A stretch of DNA of 42,535 bases, from positions 2,336 to 44,870 of the forward strand of contig PS015452.1 of the NCBI GenBank assembly GCA_048213135.1. Direction: 5' to 3'. The notes beneath the pieces were generated by a model. The model made no database searches. It saw only the letters and a program-made list of their open reading frames with translations, and was not told the origin of the DNA. The DNA comes from Reclinomonas americana ATCC 50394. Taxonomy: Eukaryota. Both the position numbers and the translations under genes were made by a program. This document shows, in pieces, positions 1 to 9,000 of the stretch (the first letter of the stretch is position 1; each line of letters begins with the position of its first letter).

Positions 1-2
1 GC

Positions 3-1022
3 AGCACTGGAAGATTCAAATGGACCCCCTGGACTTTTAGACACGTTTTTGCAAGAATGCTGCACCTCGTCACCGGCTCACCCTACTTGAGCGCAACTTT
101 GGTAATATGTTGCGAAGGCACCATTGGACGCACCTGGAAAGTTTCAGGTCAAGGGTGTCCGAGTGCCGACCTGTGCGAGCAAATCACCACCAAACACAAC
201 CACGTAACACCGGGAATTTTTTTACCGTTTCACATCTCCCGAGTTATCGGCGGGTCTTGGTGGCGCTTGCCTGCCATCACTATGCTCGCCAGGATGTAGC
301 GCACATGGTGATATGTCGCAATGCAAACGGCTGTGTGTGTGGCACGCGAGGAATTTTGCACACTCTCAACGGCTCTGCGCACCGTTTCCGCCGTTTTTGC
401 AGAGAAGAGAGAGAAATCATGCCGGAAGAAGGCAGCGACCGCTGCCGACGCAGCTGGTACCAGCACCGACAGCAGCAGTAGCGACGAGCAACCCCGCGGC
501 CGGCGCAAATCGCCCGCCGCGAGGAAGAAGGTGGCTGCCGCCGCGCGCTCTCGTCAGCGGCAAGGCGAGGCAACAGAGGCAAGTTCGAGCTCCAGCAGCG
601 ATGGCAACGCAGCCGACACCGAGATCGGGGAGGGTGGAGACGATTCGGACGACAGCAACTCGAGCGATGAATCGGAATCTTCTGACTCGAGCTCGGACGC
701 GAATGGGCGTGGCCGGCGGCGACAGCTGGTGTACGACGACGACGTTGCTCTCAGTGCTGATGAGGAGGCGAAGCGGCAAAAGCGCCAGAAGGAGCGCATG
801 GCCAACGTCTTGTCCAGCAGGGCCGCAAGAGCTCAGAAGTCCAAGGAGGAGGCGGACAGAATGTTGGCTGCAAGCGTGGCGCGCAAGGCAGCCAGAAGAG
901 CGGCGAGGCGGCCAGCAACAACGGAGCTTGATGCAGCGCCAGCGGCTGCTTCGTCGCGACCGAGCTCGAGCTGGTTCGCGAAAGCGATGGAGAGCGAAGA
1001 CGAAGAGGAAGATGAAATGTGA
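3..1022 (+). CDS. 3' part of a spliced gene (5'-truncated by window edge); possible tyrosine-recombinase C-terminus plus Ser/Asp/Glu- and Lys/Arg-rich tail
   Basis: Frame 3 is open from base 3 and reads STGRFKWTPWTFRHVFARMLHLVTGSPYLSATL (3-101), resembling the YR box-II 'PHxxRHxFAxxL..G' helix (H replaced by W). Terminal exon starts after ttttgcAG (403) and runs to TGA 1020-1022 as an acidic/basic low-complexity tail (NLS-like RGRRK, KRQKR). Internal exon structure at 102-402 is ambiguous. Confidence 0.4.
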
Positions 1023-1550
1023 CAAAATAAAGAACACCGCCGGCGTGGCACATGTTGCAGCGTGTTTCACTCAGCATGCACACAGCTTCTCGGTTGCGGT
1101 CAGTGCTCTTAGAGAGTCGCGGATACCACGCCGGAGAGCTTGTCACAGAGCGCTCACCATCGTCACACCACCGCACCTCGTTCACGCCGCCCTCGTCCCT
1201 GCGCTGCGGCTCGACGGCTGTGAGGAGGCGCCAGCTTGTGTGACAGGAAGAGACACAAAAAACAGCGGAGGAGAAGCACACTGGTGGATCAATAGCCCAT
1301 ATAGGCGTGAGTAATGTGAAGCGCGCGTAGTGGGACGAGAGAGCGAGTGCAAACGTGACACGTAATTTTCCGACTGAGTGACCGAATGCTCAGAAATTCG
1401 TCGTTCGGCTGGTCAAATCAGTCGACGCAGTTCTCGTCAACGGCGCAATCACCAACTTGGCGGAGCAGTGCTACCTGCTCACTGATGGTCACGCTACACT
1501 ACCACCGCAAAAAAAATGAACTCGGCCGGCGATCAGAGCCTGAAACATCA

Positions 1551-2706
1551 ATGGACCCTTTTTTTGTACGGAACGAATGAAATCATTGACGATTTCGCAC
1601 AAACTTGGCAAGGGGNNNNNNNNNNNNNNNNNNNNNNNNNNNNNNNNNNNNNNNNNNNNNNNNNNNNNNNNNNNNNNNNNNNNNNNNNNNNNNNNNNNNN
1701 NNNNNNNNNNNNNNNNNNNNNNNNNNNNNNNNNNNNNNNNNNNNNNNNNNNNNNNNNNNNNNNNNNNNNNNNNNNNNNNNNNNNNNNNNNNNNNNNNNNN
1801 NNNNNNNNNNNNNNNNNNNNNNNNNNNNNNNNNNNNNNNNNNNNNNNNNNNNNNNNNNNNNNNNNNNNNNNNNNNNNNNNNNNNNNNNNNNNNNNNNNNN
1901 NNNNNNNNNNNNNNNNNNNNNNNNNNNNNNNNNNNNNNNNNNNNNNNNNNNNNNNNNNNNNNNNNNNNNNNNNNNNNNNNNNNNNNNNNNNNNNNNNNNN
2001 NNNNNNNNNNNNNNNNNNNNNNNNNNNNNNNNNNNNNNNNNNNNNNNNNNNNNNNNNNNNNNNNNNNNNNNNNNNNNNNNNNNNNNNNNNNNNNNNNNNN
2101 NNNNNNNNNNNNNNNNNNNNNNNNNNNNNNNNNNNNNNNNNNNNNNNNNNNNNNNNNNNNNNNNNNNNNNNNNNNNNNNNNNNNNNNNNNNNNNNNNNNN
2201 NNNNNNNNNNNNNNNNNNNNNNNNNNNNNNNNNNNNNNNNNNNNNNNNNNNNNNNNNNNNNNNNNNNNNNNNNNNNNNNNNNNNNNNNNNNNNNNNNNNN
2301 NNNNNNNNNNNNNNNNNNNNNNNNNNNNNNNNNNNNNNNNNNNNNNTTCACCCATCATAACTTGTCGTCACGTGCTCCGTTGGCACCAAACTGCGAGTCA
2401 TTTTGTAGGGGATTGTCTCACGTCTTCTATGGACCCCTTTTGCAGGACTGAATCAGTCCGCCTCGGCTGTTCACTGCGCCACTCCGAACGGACCCCAAAA
2501 ACAGGCGAAATCAGTCCAAAATCTGGCTTGTGGTCCGAACTTTCACTGCGCAAGATCTTGCGACTGAGAAATCCCTGCGATCCACTGAAGGTGCCCCCGT
2601 GTGGAGTGTATGGCGCAGATCCCATTGGACCCCTTTTGTACCCCCTGAAAATCAACCGTTCCGTTTCTATACGTGAAGCGAAAAAATTTCGTCCAAAAAG
2701 GGGTCC
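1551..2706. repeat. Dispersed motif GGACCC(C)TTTT(T..)G: three direct copies and one inverted copy
   Basis: atggaccctttttttgtac 1551-1569; atggaccccttttgca 2429-2444; ttggaccccttttgtac 2625-2641; inverted caaaaaggggtcc 2694-2706. The region is non-coding-looking. Confidence 0.55.
1616..2346. other. Assembly gap (N run)
   Basis: Run of n. Confidence 1.
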
Positions 2707-3637
2707 GGACATATGACCTGTGCTGCGGCACATTGACCCTGGGGGGGCACGCAGTCAGAACAAGGCTCGCCAGAGGCCACGGTACCCCAATTAAATAATG
2801 AGAAAGAGTGCAGTACCCCACGAGGATGAAATTTCGGTTCAACGCGCGCACAGAGAGTGAGAGACCGAGAGGAGAGTGTGTGTGTGGTGTTCTTCCATCT
2901 CTCCTCCGATCCCCAAGCTCACCTTTCACCTGCAGGGTATCGGAACGCGGCAGAAACACGAACGTTTACAGAAGGAGATGCACAAATGTGGTGAGTATAC
3001 GTATTATACCAGTTTCTCGAGCACAGCCCAAAAACGACAACGCAACTATTTTTCCTGTTGATCGGAGAGAGAGAGAGAGGCAACGTAGGTGAGTGTCATG
3101 TGCGCAAGGTATCGAATCAAATACTGATGTGAAAACTCGGTACGCACATAAAGTCTGGAGACACTCCTTGGTGAGAAACCGCAACAGGATGCAGGTAGCC
3201 ACGCGCAGTGCACAGCCATGAACTTACACCGTCAGTGCGATGGTTGCCGCAGCAAAACGCAGTAGCGGACTCGGCACTACGCGGAGAAGCATTAGCAGGT
3301 GCACACACATGCACAACATGGACATTGATCCGCATGTCACTCACCCAAGTGCCGAACAGCCGCTGCCGCTGCGTCACCAACGAACACCGACTTGGTGCTG
3401 CTAATTACCACCCGATAGTGCCGCCCCGCTCAGATGAGCAGAGAGACGCCGACCGGGACAGCAGTGCCTCATGAACAGACTAAAGAACAAGCAAAAGAAG
3501 ACCACCTGGTCACCACACTCAAAAAAAACACACATAATCGCCGGTGGAGCCACGGGGCTGCAGGACTCGCGTCGCACTTGCTGCAGGGAATATGAATCAG
3601 GAGAGCAAGAGCATGTACGGAAAGAGTCCAAGGCAGT

Positions 3638-3790
3638 CAAACACACAAACGCAAACAAGCAAACAAGCAAACAACCAAAAATCTAATGATCACAACAGCA
3701 AAACAGACGAAACACACAACAAACAACAAACAAATAACAAACTAAACAAGCTAATTAAGACAAGAATAACAAGAAAACCCAATAAAAATC
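3638..3790. repeat. A/C-rich low-complexity tract (AAAC/AAC-like)
   Basis: aaacacacaaacgcaaacaagcaaacaagcaaacaaccaaaa...aaacaacaaacaaataacaaactaaacaag. Confidence 0.8.
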
Positions 3791-4392
3791 AGGAGAAATT
3801 GTAGAAACGTGTCGCGATAAGCTGCGTGCACTTGCCGACTCGCCCATGCCGGCAACCGACACACGTCCGCAATGCAAGTGCGTGCATTCCACGACAGCCC
3901 TCCGTGAAGGACGACGAGCGTAACGCCTCGCAGTGACAGACATGCCGCGACGGACAAACGACGAGCGCACCCTAAGAGTGAGCAAATCGAATGAGACGCA
4001 CGCGCGCAGTGAAACCACACATGCTGTGGTGTTATCTCGTTTCTCTCTCCTCTCTCACACACACAGAAACACACCTCAGCACTCAGTCGTCGTCGAGTCA
4101 GTGATGTGCATGCACCAACAACAACTCATGCCGGTCCATCTGAAGCAAGCGACCGACTGCGACGGAAACGGAGACACACACCACTGTGATCTGGACAAAG
4201 ACACTCATGATCAGCGAAAAATGACAGTACAGATATCGATGATGAATGCACAAAACATGTCTCACCTGCAGCACACCGCGGTACCGCAACCGAGCGGTGA
4301 CGTCCACGCAGTGAGGCACGACATGTGCAATGTAACCAGCTGCTGGCCGCCTGCACCGTGGCTACGTCGCCCATCCTCTTCGCGCGCGCATC

Positions 4393-5210
4393 CTACTCAC
4401 GCGCGTCTTCGCTTGTCTTTTGGTTCTCCGTCATCCGCGGCCGTGCCGCGAAGACGCTTGCTACCGCAGGTGCTGCCGGTGGCGGTGGCGGTGGTGCTGC
4501 TGCTGCTGACACCGCAGGTGCTGCCGGTGCTGCTGCTGCTGCTGCTGCTGCTGCGAGCGCTGCTTGCACTCCTGCCGGTGGCGGTGGCGGTGGTGGGCGC
4601 CGAGCTGCTGCCGCTGCTGCTGCTGCTGCTGCTGCTGCTGCGAGCGCTGCTTGCACTCCTGCCGGTGGCGGTGGCGGTGGCGGTGGCCGAGCTGCTGCCG
4701 CTGCTACTGCTGCCGCAACAAGCACACCTGCCGATGGCGGTGGTGGTGGCCTGCGAACCGCGGAAGCAGTGGGACACAATTGCAACGGAACACGTCAACC
4801 ACAACAACCAGTCTCCGACCAATCACTCACCCAGCTGCGCCGGCTGACAGCCACGCTTCAAAACGTGACCGGAATTCTAACAAGACGAGCTGCGCTGTTT
4901 CTAATGCCGTACGTAGCGGTGGTGCCGACGGAGGCGGTGGTGGTGGTGGTGGGCCGGCGCCGCCACCTGACGGCGGCACAACTCCAACATTTAGACAGGC
5001 AATGGTTGTCACAGAACTGGGGTCCCGAGAGACTTCCTTGCCGCCCAGGGGGCATTGCGGGTTCTGACACGTCATCTCCGTATCTGGTCCTGGCGGTGGA
5101 TCATAAGCCCAACCGCATCTGCACAGGCGAGTCGAGTTTCTCTCTGACGGACGCGGATTGTTGATAGCGTGCAAGCCGATGAGATCGCGTCGTCCATTGA
5201 CTTTCTCCAC
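4393..5210 (-). CDS. 3' exons of a spliced gene with TnpB/Fanzor-like C4 zinc finger and RuvC-III-like RD motif, followed by a Pro/Ala-rich tail
   Basis: Exon 5210-4831 (acceptor ttttgtcgcgcAG; donor GG|GTGAGT) reads VEKVNGRRDLIGLHAINNPRPSERNSTRLCRCGWAYDPPPGPDTEMTCQNPQCPLGGKEVSRDPSSVTTIACLNV... It splices in phase 2 to exon 4750-4393 (GPPPPPSAGVL...EDARE*; a possible further donor GTGAGT lies just before the stop). The 5' part is lost in gap 5295-6013. Confidence 0.5.
4466..4705. repeat. Internal tandem duplication (~87-bp unit) of GCT/GGT-GGC triplet blocks encoding poly-Ala/poly-Pro
   Basis: (gct)n-gcgagcgctgcttgcactcctgccggtggcggtggcggtgg occurs twice (~4530-4594 and ~4612-4686); caccgcaggtgctgccggtg is also repeated. 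Confidence 0.85.
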
Positions 5211-5294
5211 CTGCGCGACAAAATGAAAACGAGGGAATGGTTGGACAATAATAATCCGACGTTTCACGCACACACACATACACAGCGACGAAGA

Positions 5295-6013
5295 NNNNNN
5301 NNNNNNNNNNNNNNNNNNNNNNNNNNNNNNNNNNNNNNNNNNNNNNNNNNNNNNNNNNNNNNNNNNNNNNNNNNNNNNNNNNNNNNNNNNNNNNNNNNNN
5401 NNNNNNNNNNNNNNNNNNNNNNNNNNNNNNNNNNNNNNNNNNNNNNNNNNNNNNNNNNNNNNNNNNNNNNNNNNNNNNNNNNNNNNNNNNNNNNNNNNNN
5501 NNNNNNNNNNNNNNNNNNNNNNNNNNNNNNNNNNNNNNNNNNNNNNNNNNNNNNNNNNNNNNNNNNNNNNNNNNNNNNNNNNNNNNNNNNNNNNNNNNNN
5601 NNNNNNNNNNNNNNNNNNNNNNNNNNNNNNNNNNNNNNNNNNNNNNNNNNNNNNNNNNNNNNNNNNNNNNNNNNNNNNNNNNNNNNNNNNNNNNNNNNNN
5701 NNNNNNNNNNNNNNNNNNNNNNNNNNNNNNNNNNNNNNNNNNNNNNNNNNNNNNNNNNNNNNNNNNNNNNNNNNNNNNNNNNNNNNNNNNNNNNNNNNNN
5801 NNNNNNNNNNNNNNNNNNNNNNNNNNNNNNNNNNNNNNNNNNNNNNNNNNNNNNNNNNNNNNNNNNNNNNNNNNNNNNNNNNNNNNNNNNNNNNNNNNNN
5901 NNNNNNNNNNNNNNNNNNNNNNNNNNNNNNNNNNNNNNNNNNNNNNNNNNNNNNNNNNNNNNNNNNNNNNNNNNNNNNNNNNNNNNNNNNNNNNNNNNNN
6001 NNNNNNNNNNNNN
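5295..6013. other. Assembly gap separating the cadherin-like array from the zinc-finger exon
   Basis: Run of n. Confidence 1.
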
Positions 6014-9000
6014 CCAGAGATGTTGAACATGGCCGCATTCGCTCCACCAACAATCGAGTACGTGAATGTCTGCGCCGAGTTGCCGTCTGTGGTGGACAGA
6101 GTGCCCACCACGACATTGGCAGTGGTCGGCGGCGTGTACATCGTCGACGACAGTGCAATGTCCGACGGAGGGACGTTGGCTGCGGACCATTCGCAACAAT
6201 TAACCAGTTGCCGAACGCAACAACAGCTCAATCAAACTATCTTGCTCCGCACCTTCATCAATGACAAGCGTCTTGTCAAAGAACAGCGACCCGCTACCAC
6301 TATCGGTGGTGCGCACAATAACCACCAGTCCATTGCCCGTCTGCCCAGCCGCAGTGATGCGCAGCTGGTCGCCAGAGATGTTGAACACGGCAGCATTCGC
6401 TCCGCCCACAATTGAGTACGTGTACGTCTGGCATGAATTGGCATCAGTCGTCGACAGCCTGCCAACAACCATATTAGATGTGGACGGCGGCGTGTATGCC
6501 GCGATCGATATTGTGATGTCCGTGGGTACGACATTGGCTGCAATTGCAAGTATCGACGATGAGTGGGCAAGCACATGCGCACAACATAGATCTGCAAGCA
6601 CACACCTTCGTTAATCGTGAAGGTCTTGTCAAAGAACAGCGATCCACTGCCGCTGTCCGTCGATCGCACAATCACAACCAAGCCAGTTCCATTCTGCCCG
6701 CCGGTTGTGATGCGCAGCTGGGCGCCAGAGATGTTGAACATGGCAGCATTTGCTCCGCCCACAATCGTGTATGTGTACGTTTGGCACGAGTTGGCGTCCA
6801 CGGTGGAAAGCGAACCGACGGCCACATTGGCCGTGGTCGGCGGCAAGTACGTCACAGACGAAAGCACAACGTCCGTCGGCACAACATTCACTGTACAGGA
6901 GACGTGCGTGAGACACACGACGAGCAAAATCACCGGTGAATTGCCTGCAACAACACACCTTCGTTGACTGTGAATGTCTTGTCAAAGAACAGCGATCCAC
7001 TGCCACTGTCCGTCGATCGCACAGTCACCACCAAGCCAGTTCCATTCTGACCCGCAGTTGTGATGCGCAGCTGGGCACCAGAGATGTTGAACATGGCCGC
7101 ATTCGCTCCACCCACAATCGTGTACGTGAACGTCTGCGCCGAGTTGGCATCGGTCGTCGACAGGCTACCAATCACAAGATTGGCGGTGGTCGGCGGTGTA
7201 TATGTCGTCGCCGTCAGTGAAATGTCCGTCGGTGCAACATTCACTGCAATGCGCCGCATAAGGACCGGTCAGCAGAGAAAAACAGAACACAAAACATACC
7301 TTCGTTGATCGTGAATGTCTTGTCAAAGAACAATGATCCGATGCCGTTATCCGTCGATCGCACAATCACCACCAAGCCGGTTCCGTTCTGCCCAGCAGTT
7401 GTGATGCGCAGCTGCGCGCCAGAGATGTTGAACATGGCCGCGTTCGCTCCGCCCACAATCGTGTACGTGAACGTCTGCGCCGAGTTGGCATCGGTCGTTG
7501 ACAGGCTACCAATCACAAGATTGGCGGTGGTCGGCGGCGTGTACGTCGTCGACGACAGTGCAATATCCGACGGAGGGACATTGGCTGTGCGTCATTCGCA
7601 ACGCTTCATAAGTCGCCAAACGCAACAACAACTCAATCAAAACTCTCTCGCTCGTACCTTCGTCAATGATAAGCGTCTTGTCAAAGAACAGCGACCCACT
7701 GCCACTGTCGGTGGTGCGGACAATAACCACCAGTCCACTGCCCGTCTGCCCAGCCGCAGTGATGCGCAGCTGGTCGCCAGAGATATTGAACACAGCAGCA
7801 TTCGCTCCGCCCACAATCGAGTACGTGTATGTCTGGCACGAGTTCGCATCCACTGTCGATAGCACACCAACAACCATATTTGCGGTGGCCGGCAACGCGT
7901 ACTGTGTTGCCGACAACGTGATATCCGTGGGCGTGACATTGGCTGTAATGATAGTCGATGAGTGACCACGCCGATGAATCAAATCTCCCTCTCATACGCA
8001 TTCTCTCTCCACTGCACACAAATAGCAAGAATCGCAGCACAAACCCTCGTTGACCGTGAATGTCTTGTCAAAGAACAGCGATCCACTGCCACTGTCAGTT
8101 GATCGCACAATCACCACCAAGCCAGTTCCATTCTGCCCGGCCGTNNNNNNNNNNNNNNNNNNNNNNNNNNNNNNNNNNNNNNNNNNNNNNNNNNNNNNNN
8201 NNNNNNNNNNNNNNNNNNNNNNNNNNNNNNNNNNNNNNNNNNNNNNNNNNNNNNNNNNNNNNNNNNNNNNNNNNNNNNNNNNNNNNNNNNNNNNNNNNNN
8301 NNNNNNNNNNNNNNNNNNNNNNNNNNNNNNNNNNNNNNNNNNNNNNNNNNNNNNNNNNNNNNNNNNNNNNNNNNNNNNNNNNNNNNNNNNNNNNNNNNNN
8401 NNNNNNNNNNNNNNNNNNNNNNNNNNNNNNNNNNNNNNNNNNNNNNNNNNNNNNNNNNNNNNNNNNNNNNNNNNNNNNNNNNNNNNNNNNNNNNNNNNNN
8501 NNNNNNNNNNNNNNNNNNNNNNNNNNNNNNNNNNNNNNNNNNNNNNNNNNNNNNNNNNNNNNNNNNNNNNNNNNNNNNNNNNNNNNNNNNNNNNNNNNNN
8601 NNNNNNNNNNNNNNNNNNNNNNNNNNNNNNNNNNNNNNNNNNNNNNNNNNNNNNNNNNNNNNNNNNNNNNNNNNNNNNNNNNNNNNNNNNNNNNNNNGGT
8701 GATGCGCAGCTGGGTGCCAGAGATGTTGAACATGGCCGCATTCGCTCCGCCAACAATCGTGTATGTGTACGTCTGACACGAGTTGGCGTCCGCCGTTGAT
8801 AGATCTCCCACAACAAGGTTGGCTGCCGTCGGCGGAAGATATGTCGCAGCCGATAGCACAACATCTGTTGGTGCAACGTTGACTGGTGCAAGGAAACAGG
8901 CGTCGCGGTGAGGAGCAGCAACGAGAAAAGAAATCACACCGATGACAACAGACCTTCGTTGATCGTAAATGACTTGTCGAAGAATAGAGGCGATGCGCCG

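Noticed and set aside
20-30. atggaccccct as a fifth copy of the GGACCCCTTTT motif
   Set aside because: Only a partial match, and it lies in the putative coding frame (KWTPW).
1489-2716. Long ORFs spanning N-runs (also at 4827-6231, 7992-9019, 10417-12035)
   Set aside because: Artefacts of translating gaps as X.
2936-3095. Possible + strand mini-exons (cctgcAG|GIGTRQKHERLQKEMHKC|GTGAGT)
   Set aside because: Plausible splice sites, but no coherent gene model or recognisable product could be built.
3933-5164. + strand ORFs with poly-Leu/Val (TM-like) or poly-Ala/Gly
   Set aside because: Alternative frames of the GCT/GGT triplet repeats; in-phase splice sites support the - strand Pro/Ala reading.
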